DNA of 64,000 nt, taken from the human T2T-CHM13v2.0 reference genome, Homo sapiens. Numbering within the stretch: position 1 is the first letter of the stretch; each line of letters starts with the position of its first letter. Positions 14,451 through 29,169 of the stretch are shown here, piece by piece. The position numbers were made by a program, and so were the translations under genes. The notes below the pieces were generated by a model. That model searched no databases. It was not told the DNA's origin and was given only the letters and a program-made list of their open reading frames with translations. The stretch lies in assembly GCF_009914755.1 (NCBI RefSeq), contig NC_060926.1; one strand, given 5' to 3'.

Positions 14451-15392
14451 TTGTCGTGTAGTGAATTGCTTGGCACGTGGACATCATCTGTATGTCATCA
14501 TCCATGAAACTGGGTCTCCTTCTTGTTTGGGGAAAAGCATTTGGTTTTTGTGCTAAAGAAATAATTTAAATCATTTTTCATTATTGTAGTTTTCTGACTC
14601 CTCTCCTACTGTTTTAGGCATTTTGAACACTTATCTCATCTCCTCTGCCTCTAACATTTCAGAATATAAGTCTCAAAATACATGTTTTAAAAGCCTTCCA
14701 ATCAGGCCCTGGATTTTACATAGCATGGGTTCCTCTGAAAGTAACAAGCATTCACCTTATGAGGGATTTCCAAATTTAGAAATGCAAAATACCACGATAC
14801 CTTGTGGCTTCAAAACCAGACGTTATTCTTAAGAATCACAGAAGAGTCAGCATTTGGGGTCCTCAATCTGCCTTCACACCTCCCTTTAACCCCTCCAACA
14901 GGGCGAGAAGCCTCTTGCGTGGGGCCTTGCTTTCCAGTGGTAAGAATTATATTTGTCTCAGTGCTGGTTTCAGAGACATCTGTCATGGCAGCCCATCCAG
15001 CTCTGTTCTCAGGGAGCTAACTTTAGCAGCAGATTCTGCATCTGCTGGCGGAGTTTGACACAGCATATGTTTGCCAAAGCAGCCCTTCCCAATGGCTGAC
15101 TCTCTCTCGTGTGAGGACATTTAATATATCCTGAGAACTAATCATCCCCCTACTTTCCTAACGTGTAAGCTATTTTTAATTTCATCCAAGTTAACAAGCA
15201 GTCCTATCTGGAGCCCATCTTCTGACTTCAAAATAAATAAAAAAGATTTTCTATAACTCAGATTTCTCCTCTGGGCAGGCCAGCAAATTTATCCTCACCT
15301 TTCTCCAAATAAAGTCTTTCTTTCATAGGCTCCCTGACTCTCCCATTAACCTTTTAACCACTTGAGGAGATTAAGTACAAGGGAATGACCAC

Positions 15393-16299
<907 letters not shown>

Positions 16300-19194
16300 A
16301 CCATCTTATGGGATCTCATAGGATGGTCCGACTGCACACCCTGCAGCACTTGTCTCATCCATCTGCAGCAGCTGGATTGGATAGGTCTGGAGTGCAATTA
16401 CTTGAGTAAAGAGAAGGGTGTCCATGGACTTCACCCTGTGGGTAAATTTCAATACTGTCATGAGAGGGGCCTGCTTTCAAGATTCCCAGGCCCCTGGTGG
16501 GACGGGAAGGTGGCACCCACAGCACTCCCAGTTTAATCCTGTCTCCTTCCTACACGCCAGGCAGCTGCCCCTGCACATCTTCAGGGGCCCTCTTCATGCC
16601 TCCCCAGGCCACCAGCTAAGCTGCTACCATTGCCCGCTGCTTGGCTACTGAGACTACTCCATGGGGCCCTGTCATTGTCACTGGATGCTGAGCTATCTGA
16701 CAACTGTCCTCTTGTCTGTTTGTATCTCTTAGAGGGGCCCCAGTGCAGTGTTAGGGCTCCATGAACTTTATAGACACAGCCTTCCTTTCTGTGGGGAGGC
16801 TGCCACCACGAGGTACCACATACAGGTAGCAGCCAGCATGCCAGAGAAGAACCATCACTCCCTTTTGACCTCCAGAGCCCTATTGCAGAATTTAGCTAGA
16901 CACACCTAACACTTTTGTTCTTCAGAGTAGATTCTCTCCCAGAGCCAGCAGCCTCCTTCTTCATTGCTTAGTAATCCCACCAGCAGCAGACACAAACAAG
17001 CCCACCAAGCATTCCTGTACAAATAAACGAATCCTAGTAATTTATCTTATTTATTTTCCTAAAAAGTTTCTTGGCCCCTATAACAATGAGATGACTCTTT
17101 CTCTGAGTGGGGAAGTTCTCAAGTTTTAATCTTAATAGCCCCATTTAAAATTTATTTCTAAGATAAGTATGTACATGTGTATATTGCACGGTGTTGCAGC
17201 TAAGCAGTGATTGGTCTCCAGATGGGCCCTTTTTGGAAGGAACTATGGCTATATTTATATATCACCAAAACCTCCAACTTTCAAAATCCTCACAAATGCA
17301 TTGTGCAGCACACCAGCTCTTCAGGATGCTGGGGTTCTGTGGTCATTGGGAGAAATGCCAGAGTCCAATGTTTCTCTACTATTGGACTTCTCCAGGCCTT
17401 TAATATGGAATGTTCATCATGTGGCACCAAAATAAGGGTTTAGATTAGATGTGTAATGTTTCCCAAACTCACTTCATCACAAAGAGCTCATAGAAATAGT
17501 ATTATATGGAGCATATTTTGTAAAATGCTGGGTGAGACCTGCCCCAATGAAAATGGAATGTAGCAAATTTGCTACCTGTCCCAGATCATTCAGCTTTGAT
17601 CTGCTTCCAACAAGTCTTAGGAATGTACAGGGGAAATAGTTCCTTAAAGACGTAGATCTGGAATTCAAAGAACCTTTAAACCAAAATAAGCTGGTTAGCC
17701 CATTTTCTCCCCAAGGACAGAAAGAATAAGAGTGCTCAGTGGATATCCGTGGGTAGGTACGTCAAATCTGATTTTGCTCTCAGTCATTAAGCTAAGACCA
17801 AATGTCCCACTTCAAGCCCCACATTGAAAGCCTGGGATGCCTAGACAGAGAATCATCAGAGCCGAGGCCCCTACCCCAGCCCGCCTTTTCAAAAAGTCCC
17901 CGTAAAGACTCTGAAATGAAGGAAGGTGAGAGATGAGGGAGGGGGAGAGAGGGGAAAAAAAAACTTTATTCTTTCAACATTGACCCATTTTGTTCAGGTC
18001 TAACAACTCAAAAGCAGCAGAGTCATTGAAACACGATTGTAAAACTATAACACTCCTCAATTACTTCTTGTTGGCCAGACAAGCAAACCTATTATTTGAC
18101 AATGCATCATGCTCCAAGATAGTAAACTTTATCATACAGAGGTCATGAGAAAAAGACCACAGGTACAGTTTGCTAACCTCCACTAGATAATTTTTCACAG
18201 TTATCATCCAAGCACTGTAAAAGCACAAAAGATATGTTATCTTCGGGCTCAGTTTATTATAACGTGTGGGTGAAACTCCCTATAAAACCACTTACTAGGT
18301 AACTGTTGCACGTTCTCCTGCACAGAAAGTCAAATCAGTAAAACATCTTTTTGACAGTGTCTTTTTAAGTGTCAGAAATAAAAGGACGTGCTCTTAAAGG
18401 AGAGGTAGCACATGATTTATCATCCCCCCTCACTTTCCCACACGTACACAAGAAGATCCCCATCGCCTCTCTGCATGCCAGAGACACTCAAAAGAATCCT
18501 TCTCAGTAGTCTCGTTTCTTTTACAGCTGAGTATTTCACGGCAGAATTGTTCCTGGATAAAGCTGCAAGTAACATTAACTCAAGATACTATAGGTGCCAG
18601 CCTCTCAAATACTAGTCATGGTATTTTTTTCCCTAGAGTCATAATATTGAATGAGACCCAGGAAATACAAATAAAAAGATGATGGACTTCCCCAGCAAAT
18701 GCTCTCAAGAGTCACGGATTTAATATTACAGCCTGAGAGAGGTGGTCTAACTATAGCTCAAACCTTGGATTTTTCTAAGATCCTACCTCTCTCCCACAGT
18801 AATGGCTTCATGGTCCCTAGGGACAATTCAGGGTGAGGGAGGAAGTCCTGGGTGGTTAAACCGTAGGATACATAATGACATCCCAAGAAGCTCAGGGTTC
18901 ACAATCCTATCCCCAAAAGGAAAGACAAGTTAAAGAATGTGAGATGGGGAATTCCTGCCAGAATGCAGTTCTCTTTAGAATTCACTTCTTCCAATAGTCC
19001 AACAAGTCTAGGAGCTTTTTATCCATTCAAAGCAAAGAAACAGCTTTCTAGACTGGAATACACAAAAGCAGTGATTTTTCAAAGGAAATCAACAATACTT
19101 TGGAGGGTTAGTTATGTCTCCCCACAAAAATCTGCTGAATAAATATTGAGGGGTTATTATGATTCCAATACAAAATAGAGGATTTGGAAGAATA

Positions 19195-19440
19195 AAGAGA
19201 AATGGGCATGCGATTGTACAGCATAGTGACTATAGTTAATAGCAATGTATTGTATTCTTGAAAATTGCTAAGACAGTAGATTTTAAGTGTTCTCACCACA
19301 AAAAAATGATAAGTATGTGAGGTAATGGATATGTTAATTAGCTCAATTAAGCTATTCCATGGTGTATACATACTTCAAAACAATATATTGTACACAATAA
19401 GTAGATAAAATTTTTATTTGTCAATATCTAAAAGTCAAAA
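19195..19440 (+). mobile_element. L1MA 3' end
   Basis: TGTACAGCATAGTGACTATAGTTAATA..GATTTTAAGTGTTCTCACCACAAAAAAATGATAAGTATGTGAGGTAATGG. Confidence 0.9.
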
Positions 19441-19646
19441 ATAAAAGCTCCCCAGCCAGGGATAAGAACTACTGGTATAGGTTTGATCTGAGGCAAAATG
19501 AATGGGGGGCAGACCCAAACTTAACAAAACAAAACACCTATTCCCAGAGTGGATCTCTTAAGGGTTTGCCAAATTGGTTTCCTACTATTCTTTAGAGCAG
19601 TGGTTTCCAAACTTCAGTGTGCATCAGAATCACACACACATACACA

Positions 19647-19882
19647 AGAAGGGAGGAAGGGAGGGAGGGAGGAAGGGAGAGTTGGAGGGAGGGAGGGAGG
19701 GAGGAAGGAAGGAAGGAAAGAAGGAAAGAAGGAAGGAAGGAAAAAAGGGAGGGAGAAAAGAAGCAGGGAAGGAAGGAAAAAAGGGAGGGAGGCAGAAAAG
19801 AAGGAAAGAAGGAAGAATGAAAGGAAGGAAGGGAGGGAGGCAGGGAGAAAAAAGGAAAGAATGGAATAGAAAAGAAAAAGAA
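19647..19882. repeat. GGAA/GGGA/GAAA purine-rich low-complexity tract
   Basis: About 235 bp, almost entirely G/A on the + strand. Confidence 0.95.
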
Positions 19883-20189
19883 ATAGCCTATGCACTCCCT
19901 ATGCTTGTAAAGTTTACAGTTTGGTTGACAAGATAATACTTTTACACAGGGGATAAAGAACAACTAGCAAAATGCTAAACTGGTTGTCTTATAGTTAAAA
20001 AGTTTCCTCATTACCGACGTATGCTTGGGGACCAATAAGAGGGTGTACAAATTTTCTTTACCTGGAGCTTAGCTCAGAAGTCAACTCAAGGAACCCAAAA
20101 TACAACCACAAACCTTTAACAGGTAAGCAAAGCCTCCTTTCCAAATCTTTTTCCCATATCTACCATGTTAAAGGCCTTTGAAATCTTTC

Positions 20190-21060
20190 TAGTGCATTCT
20201 TCATGTATTCAACCTTCAGTCTTTGAATAAACATTGGTGGGGCACTCTCTGTGGTCTAGGTACAAGGTCTTTATTTTATTAAAGACCCAGTCCATGCCTC
20301 CCAGGGCCACAGAGATAGCCCTGGGATCCATTCTAGGCCTAGCATCAATCATCCATTGGGATTTCTAAGACAGACCAAGTGTGTCACAGAAAACTTCCGA
20401 AAAGGAAATGGTACCTGAGTTGAAGCATAAAGATTAGTGAGAGTTAGCCATTGGAAATGGGTACAGGAAGAAAAGCCAGCATGCACGAGGGCCAGGAGGA
20501 TTGGGAAAGCATGGAGTGGCCACAGAGCTGCAAGTCACTTGATTTGCTTAGAGGAGAAGATATCAGAGATTTCAGAAAAAAGAATGGCTACATATCTGGG
20601 GAGGCTTTGTGAAGGAAGTGAGTTTTGGAGCTGAGCTTTGGCAAATGGGCAGGATTTCAGTTAAATGAAGTGAGAAGACAGGAAAGGGAGGCGGTGTTCT
20701 CCAGTTTCCTACATTGCCTGGCATGAACAGGTGCTCAAAAAACATTATTAAATGTTGAAAAGGTACCAAGGGAATATCAGAAAGCAGAAAATCCAGCTCA
20801 AGATATGTTCAGAACAGTGAATAACCTAGTTTGTTGGATGCATAGAATCTTTATGGAGAAGACATGGGAGATAATGTAGGCCAGAACCGAGGCCAGATTA
20901 AAGTCTTGACTGTCAGTTAAAGAACATGGGAAAAATCTTCTAAGCAATGGAGAGCCATCAATGAATTTTGAGCAGGACAGTGGCAGGACCAAAGTGTGCT
21001 AGAGAGATCTTTTGGTAGGATAGAGGAAGGGAGGAATCAAAGTCTAGGGGCCAGTTAACA
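20190..21060 (-). mobile_element. L2 fragments
   Basis: AAGCAATGGAGAGCCATCAATGAATTTTGAGCAGGACAGTGGCAGGACC and other L2 3' motifs. Confidence 0.65.
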
Positions 21061-21071
21061 TGCTAACAATA

Positions 21072-21354
21072 GGCCGGGCTCAGTGGCTCATGCCTGTAAT
21101 CCTAGCACTTTGGGAAGCCAAGGTGGGCAGATCACTTGAGCTCAGAAGTTTGAGACCAGCCTGAACAACATGGCAAAACCTCATCTCTACAAAAAATAGC
21201 CGGGCGTGGTGCCTCGCGCCTATAGTCCCAGCTCCTTGCGGTGTTGAGGCGAGAGGATCACTTGAGCCCAGGAAATCAAGGCTGCAGTGAGCAGAGATCA
21301 CGCCATTGTACTCCAGCATGGGCAACAGAGCAAAACACCATCTGAAAAACAAAA
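21072..21354 (+). mobile_element. AluJ, followed by an L1M fragment to about 21520
   Basis: GGCCGGGCTCAGTGGCTCATGCC...GAGCCCAGGAAATCAAGGCTGCAGTGAG. Confidence 0.9.
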
Positions 21355-21653
21355 CTGAAATTCAACTTTGTGCTACTTATAAGAGACATACTTAAGAAGA
21401 AATGACACAGAACAGTCAAAAATTAAATGAAAAAAAGCAATATCAGATGAACACTAATAAAATGGAAACTGATATGGCAAATTTAATAGCAGAAAGGAAA
21501 AAAAAGATGCTAATGATACAACCCAGAGTGACATAATTAGGTACCCAGCTAGGTGGGACCATAAGAAAGAAGGAGACTGTGGACTAACTAGTTACATGTA
21601 GAAAGAGGGGACTGCGGAGAGAGGAGTTACAATGCTCTGAAGGTTTTAGGCTC

Positions 21654-22190
21654 TGTATTCTAGGAATGTCTAAGGCTACATAAAACACCAATCACTAGTG
21701 GCTTACAACATCACTATTAGTGGCTTAAAACAACAATCACTATTTTGCTTATACATATGCAATGTGGTTAGGGCTCAGTAGGGAGGGCTCATCTGTGTTC
21801 CGTGCAGCACCAGCTGGGGCAACTGACTGAGGCGAGAGGGTCCACTTCCCAGATGGCTCAGTGGCTTGGCTGGCACCTTGGTGTTGGCTGTCTCTAGGAA
21901 CTAAACTAAGGCTAAAGGGAGGGGACCCTCAGTTTCTCTCCACATGGTCATGTCTGTGGGCCTGGGTTTCCTCGCAGCATGGTGGCTGCATCACAAGGGA
22001 AAGTGTGGCAAAAGAGGCAGGCAGAACCTGTGTGTCTTTTATGAGCTGGCCTCAGGAGTCACACAGCATCACTCCACCACACTCGGTTAGTCAAAGTGGT
22101 TGCCAAGGCCCACCCAGTTCAAGGAGAAGGGGCGTCGACTTCACTTGTTCATGGGAGAGCAGGAAGGTTCTGGAAGAGCCCATGGGATAG
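21654..22190 (-). mobile_element. MLT1H/G-type LTR
   Basis: TAGTGGCTTAAAACAACAATC..GGGCTCAG..GGGTCCACTTCCCAGATGGCTCA. Confidence 0.7.
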
Positions 22191-22208
22191 GAAAGACTAC
22201 GTATGTAA

Positions 22209-22254
22209 TGTAATGGGTTGAACGGACTCCAGACACCACACACACACACACACA

Positions 22255-22289
<35 letters not shown>

Positions 22290-22706
22290 TTCATGTTACT
22301 GGGGACCTCAGAACGTGACCTTATTTGAAAAATGGGTCTTGCAGATGTATTTCAGTTAAGATGAGGTCATACTGCATTAGGATATGCCCTAAATCCAATG
22401 ACTGGTGTCATAAAAAGAGGATTTGACATGCAGACACAGAGACACACACAGGGAAGAAGGCCATGTGAAGACTGAGGCAGAGACTGGAATGGTGCAGCCA
22501 CGTGCCAAGGAAAGCCAGAAGTCACCAGAAGCTGGAAGAGGCATGAAAGGCTCCTCCCATAGTGCCTTTGGAGGGAGCATCACCCCCCCCCCCAACACTT
22601 TGATTTCAGAGTTGGGGCCCCCAGAACAATAAGAAAATACATTTCTGTCATTCTAAGTCACCAAGTTTATGGCAATTTGTTTCAGCAGCCCTAGGAAATT
22701 AACACA
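22209..22706 (+). mobile_element. MLT1C/B-type LTR containing (CA)n at 22237-22289
   Basis: TGTAATGGGTTGAAC..GTGACCTTATTTGAAAAATGGGTCTTGCAGATGTA..GCAGCCCTAGGAAATTAACACA. Confidence 0.85.
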
Positions 22707-24808
22707 GCCCTTTTTGGAGAATGCCATCTGCCACGCTGGTTGACTTGAAGATTTGGGAGGATGGTCTTGAAATATAACAGCAGGAAGAGGAGCTGGCCTA
22801 GGCGGGCAGGTTCTAATGTCAAGATTAGCTCTGTGGAGTTCGTCGGGCGCCACAAACGCCAGGATCGTGCTGGTGTGAAATGTGAGACTGTTGCTTACAG
22901 GACTGGGCTGGGACTAAAGAGGCAGTTTTAAAATCCCGGCCATCGGCAAGAAGCTCCGCACAGAGTCAGACATCCTCTGTGTTGCCACCTCCCGTGGGGG
23001 CTGCATCAGGTGACCGCACATGTTTCTACGTTTTAATTATTTATGGTGTACAGTCTAAAGTGGCGTTCAACCAGCCTAATGACTTGGGGTGATTGAATCA
23101 AAGAGAAAGGAGAGTGGAGCTGTACATGGATAGTTTCTAATAGACTTCTCTAGAGTGCACAGCTGAAGGGAAGAGCCGCTCCCTCTGCTTCCTAATAGAC
23201 TAACAAACCTCTCTAAATCTTCTTCGGAGACCCCAAAGGTACCCGCCAGTTGCTCTTTCGTTCGAGAGCCAAAATGAGTACAATAAGTTTTGTGGCTGGC
23301 ACAGATGAAATTAGGAATTTGTTAGTGGAATGTTCTATACGCTGATTTTCCTGACAACCCTCTCATGGTCGTAGATAGCAGTCCCTGATCAACCGGAGGC
23401 CAATTAAAAGAGAGCAGCCGTTTCACTCATCCAAATATTTCCACTTCGCTCAAAATGGATTCCAAACAGTCCTGGGATTCTCAGGGATGCTTTCAATTCC
23501 TTTTCCTAGCTAGACCATCTTTTAGATTTTCTGCTTAAAACTCTCACCCTTCCTTGCAAAGCTTAAATGGAAATTAGACCTCAGTTTGGTTACCCACCGC
23601 CCCCCAACCCTCCTCCTCTCCACACCCCATGATAGGGTACTTATTAATTTAGATTTCCTGGGAACTCGGGTCCCTCCTGGCCAGGGCTAGTAAAGAAATC
23701 CTATTAAAGATAATGAATTTTTTTCCCTAAACTTTTTGGGCTGGTAGTTTTCCTGAAAGGTGTAGAGGGACAGAATTTTCTTTGCAAGGCACAAAGCTGC
23801 GACCACTGTGGATAAGTCCTTAGAGAACTCAACATGAGGAGAAGAAGATGAAGAAAGGAATCAGAAGGGAGTGTCCCTGAAGGATGGTGCAGGGGAGGCA
23901 AAAAAAAAAGGCAAAGAGGAGGGAGAGAAAGTGGTGAAGGAGAAAGAAAAACACAAAGATGCCTTGCTGCCACAAAACCACGGGCGGTTCCACAAGTGCT
24001 CCACAGGTTTTTGGGGTGGGCAACCAGAAAGCTGCACACAGAGCACCTGGGTGAGGTATTATTGGGAGTAGGAGAGGAGGGTCCATGGATTCCAGAAAGG
24101 CAGGGAGGGAGCAGACCATAAGCCAGCCCCAGAAAGGACCACTGCAGAGCCCAAAAGAGTTTCTGTCCTCACCTTCCTCCTCCCAAGGAAGGCAAATACC
24201 CTAGAAAACTTAGGGTATAGGGAAAGGAAAGGGTTCTCCACCTTTCTATACCAGTCTCTAAATCAAGGCCAATTTTTTATTTCTTGCTGGGGGAAGTGGT
24301 TTGCTGGCTAAACTTTGCCACAGCAATTTAAGCCCATAGTTTTTCTAAGTTATAGCAAATAATAAAATTCATAACACAGCTAACATTTAGTATTTAGTGT
24401 ATACCAAGAACTGCATTAAGCTTCTTTAATTCTCACAAGCTTTCTGTGAGGTTGGTGCTGTTATTGTCATGCCCACTTTTAGGGGACAGAACTAAGACAT
24501 AGACAGGTTGCAAAATTTGCCCAAAATCACTCAGAGCCAGGATTTGAACTAGGAAGTCCAACAGCAGAGCCAACCCTTTGAACACTTACTCTACTACACC
24601 ATTGTATGGCCTAGTGTAATAAATAATCAGAGGTGTAACATACTGAATAAAATGAGCTAATTATGAGACTCTTCAATGAGAATGTCCAGACCGGCACATT
24701 GTGGAACAGAAGTTACTGTCATTCTAAGCCACCAAGTTTATGGCAATTTGTTTCATTAATAATCCATTTTAAATGGATTATATAATAGCATTTAAAACTG
24801 AAAAGACA

Positions 24809-25076
<268 letters not shown>

Positions 25077-27369
25077 TCAATTGCCCCAGTTAGGGAAACT
25101 GAGGCAACAGGGAGGACTTGCCCAAGGTCACACAACTACTCTGGCAAAGCTGGGTTAGAATTAGAGCCTACTAACTCCTGGCTTGTTGCAGGGATGACTG
25201 ATGTGTTAATATCACTTGGCTCCTAGAATTGACCAATGACACCATCAGCCCAGAAGACATATATGGAAGCATTCAGGTGTGCCCCCGCAGAGGGAGAGGA
25301 GTCTACAAGAAAGGGCTGGTCACAGAGGCTTGCAGAGCTATACTGCAGAGACAGCATCTTTGTTTTACCCTCACCTTCTGTGAATGTAGACCCCAAATCC
25401 CAGATCCGTCATTGGGAACACAGAGGGAAAGAAGCTGCTGATGAGCTGACCCTCCAGGGGCTGGAAAGTTTATCTGCACAAACGGGAAAGGAATTGGAGC
25501 TGCAAAGAGAGCTGAGCTGCATGAGGGCTTCTTATTTGTGTTAACAAAATGATCAAACCTTTCCTTGGATCCCTTTATGGCAGATTAAGAAGGCTTTGGG
25601 GGATCCTGGCATACCTGTCACTGAGCATTTGCATTTCACACTGCAAAAACCCTTTAGATTAATGATCTCCCTATCTGCAAGATATTCTTGTCTTAATAGT
25701 CAAGTTATGTGTAATGCCAATCCCACTAAGATTAAAGAGGAAAGAATTTCTGGTACGAAATTTTCTAATGACTGACAAAGACATAAAATCTTGCTGCAAT
25801 AAATTAACACGTGTCTTTAATATGGACCTGCTGATTTACTCGAGGCAAAATTGCTCTGGAACCACACACCTGGGCATCATCGGGCCCCCCTTAGAAATGG
25901 TGGGTTTCATATTTATGCTCAGCTGCAGTGAACCCTGAGGACAACCATCTGGCGCTGCAAGTACCAATCGCCCTGAAGAGGAAAGTGGCATTTCTGTAAT
26001 GCCGCAATCAGTAATCCTGCCAGCAGGGTGTGGTGGAGAAAGAAAAGGACAACCCCTTAGACCCATCATTACCACGTAGATACCCCACACTCCCCTTTAC
26101 TGACCTCTAGGCACTAGACATTTTTACCCATTTTGCAGTTATTGCATGTCACGGAAAAGAGTGCCAAATTCTGTGCATGCTCTATTCCATAATGCCTCAC
26201 AGCACAGCAGGAGGCCCCTAAGCACAAGGACTCTGACCCTACCCTGACTTGGTTCAAATCCCACTTCTGCCACTTATTATTCATGTGGTCTCAAACAATT
26301 GACCTCTTTATGCCTTAGCTTCCCCACCTGTTAAAAAATAAAAATAAAAAAAAGCAGTAGCAGCGGGGTGGGTGGATAACCATACCTATATAAGTCACTT
26401 AGAATATAGTTCCTGGCAGATAGGAGGACATCAGAGGGCAGGCATAGAACTGGACTCCCTCTTGTTACTAATTTTTCAGCCCAGGCCTGCATGCAGAGAA
26501 AGCGATTGACCTCAGTGCTCGCCAATAAGGTAGCGCTGTACGTGAGTGACTTTGAATACTATGAGCTAAACAAGCTGTCCCTCTACTGAGCATTGATTTA
26601 AATACTGAACCTAGCAAGGACAATGTGAGGCATTGCTTCACATCACTAATGAGTGAGTCTAGCCACCCGCTTGGCATTAGGATGCCCACAAAACTCAGAG
26701 GCTGAATCCTCACCAGACTCCTCTACGCCTCACTGTTTTCTGAGTTCCCCAGTGCTTGGTGGTGTAAGTTCCTGCAGACTCCGGTGTTCCAGAGTTTTGT
26801 TGCTTTTTTGGTTCCACCAAGAACTTTCCCTGATACTGAAAGTTTTCAGTAGTTGCAAAAGGACTTCTCTCCATCAGCTTTGTGAATATGGGTTTAACCC
26901 GTTCAACTTATAGCGTAAGACAGTGGCCCCCAAAGGCTAGGGTTTCAGATGCTAGGACCTGAAATGCACCCAAAGCCCAAGTCTCCATGTCTGAATTTAC
27001 ACCACCAGTTACCATGACTACAAGTATTTCTGCTTCCTACCCTACCCATTTCCCCCTGCTAGAGTCTGGCTGAACAGGGCACCTCTTCAGGACCAAAGGG
27101 CCCTGACATCCCGCTGCCTTCCTCTCACTGTAAAAATGGTAAAAATGTGTGGAGGGAGCCCTTAGCAGCTTGAGATTCGCAAGGTAAAAACGTAGTCCCA
27201 TCTGTGTAAGATGATGACCAATGAGGCTTTCACCACAGTGCTTCACTGACCTGTCCACAGAACCTCTGGCGGGCAAGAAAGGATGGAGCACGTCTAGGAC
27301 CGAGCATCCCTTATCAGTTGCCTTCTTATACACAACATCCTGAATGTCTGTCCATTAACAGTGAGTTGG

Positions 27370-27580
27370 GGCCAGACACGGTGGCTCACACTTGTAATCT
27401 CAGCACTTTGGAAGGCCGAGGTAGGCAGATCACTTGAGATCAGGAGTTCGAGACCAGCCTGGCTGATATGGTGATACCCTGTCTCTACTAAAAAAAAAAA
27501 AAAAAAAGTGAGCTGAGATGGTGCCACTGCACTTCAGCTGGGTGACAGAGTAAGACTCCATCTCAAAAAAAAAAAAAAAA
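27370..27580 (+). mobile_element. AluS with most of the right arm deleted
   Basis: Left arm, A-run, then GTGAGCTGAGATGGTGCCACTG and A tail. Confidence 0.9.
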
Positions 27581-27614
27581 GAATAAAGAATAAATGTTTA
27601 AGTGTGGAAGGGAA

Positions 27615-27803
27615 TGCTGAGCTCCAGGTAAGAATCCAAGCCTGTTGACAACTGATTTCAACTTTGTGAGAGACCCTGAGCAGAGAACCCAGTACACTGT
27701 GCCCAGACCTCTAACCTACGGAAACTGTGAGATTACAACAGGGTGTTGTTTTCAGCCACAAAGTTCGTGGTAATTTGTTACATAGCCATAGAAAACTGAT
27801 ACA
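27615..27803 (+). mobile_element. MLT1D/E 3' fragment
   Basis: GAGACCCTGAGCAGAGAACCCAG..GAAACTGTGAGA..GTGGTAATTTGTTACATAGC..AACTGATACA. Confidence 0.75.
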
Positions 27804-28069
27804 CTCTCCTTGGCGCTTGCTCATATCACACCAGTTTTAAGGTAGGGCCGGCTATAGGTCTGTTTCTGTGTAGCTTGGTCATCTTTAGCCTTTTCCCTCA
27901 GATACTTCTCATATGTCTCTCCATTTTCAGCTTTGAATTGTCTTTCTACCAATATGCTCTCAGGTCTTGGCTCATTATCCTGCTTTGAAACAACCGTGAA
28001 ATCCTCAGTTCATCCAGTGCTCCTCAGCCTCCCATCTGCTGGGACCTGCTAAGTTCTCTGTTTAATAGC

Positions 28070-28429
28070 CAATATGTTTGGCGTGTCCCCACCCAAATCT
28101 CATCTTGAATTGTAGTTCCCATAATGCCCACCTGTTATGGGAGGGACCCAGTGGGAGATAATTGAATCATGGTGGCGGTTTTCCCCAGACTGTTCTCATC
28201 GTAGTGAATAAGTCTCACAAGATCTGATGGTTTTATAAGGAGAAACCCCTGTTGCTTGGTTTTCATTTTTTCACCTCTGCCACCAGGTAAGACATGCCTT
28301 TTGCCTTCCACTATGATTGTGAGGCCTCCCCAGCCACGTGGAGCTGTGAGTCCATTAAACCTCTTTTGCTTTATAAATTACCCAGTCTCAGGTATGTCTT
28401 TATTAGCAGCATGAGAACAGAGTAATACA
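28070..28429 (+). mobile_element. THE1B/C-type solo LTR
   Basis: THE1 body ending AGTAATACA; TSD ATAGC/CTAGC. Confidence 0.92.
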
Positions 28430-29169
28430 CTAGCCCAGCATCTGCATGCAGCTCAGCATAGCTTTGCTTTTCTCTGCTTGTCTTCATCTACACCATGCTC
28501 CCAAGAAGTGCTCTTATGGATTGCCCAAGTCTGGAGATTGCAAAGTTCTCTCAGCTATACCCCTTAAGGATATCAAGGGGCTAGCATGCCTTGGAGTTCC
28601 ACACAGGAGACGATCATTGGTAGAAATAGGAGCTGGGATTTCTCAATTAAAGTGAGATATGTGAATGACTGACGCCAATCATGAGGACAGTGAAAGTTCT
28701 TTAATGAACCAGTGGAATCTACATAATGAGGTTTTACTGTATTTGATTTAAATTGCAGAAACTTTCTCCATGACCCACACAAGTGTGTGATTAGTAGTTT
28801 CTAAATGAAAGAATGTGTGAATGAAGGAACCAAACACTTAATCAGCAATAGAATGATAGGCCAGTAAGAATGATACCTAATAAACATCAGCATCCATGGG
28901 TCTTTACTTCTTGATGAAATTCACCTATTTAAATACAATTGCCAAAGATATTAGTTGCTGTTTCTACCTAGTTATTTAAATAAAATGGCTTTTAAAAATA
29001 GCATTTAATTGAGAGGGAGGACACGCTAACTTCTCTCTGCGAATGCTCATAGAGAGAATAGCTAGCCAGTCCACAAGAGTGTAACTACGCCCCTAGAGGC
29101 ACAGACACAGACATGGAGGAGGGGAGGAGGGTAAAGCACCCTACAGAAAATAATTGGCCAGCTGAATAT

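Noticed and set aside
19549-19963. Several 67-123-aa low-complexity ORFs
   Set aside because: Purine tract lacking stop codons
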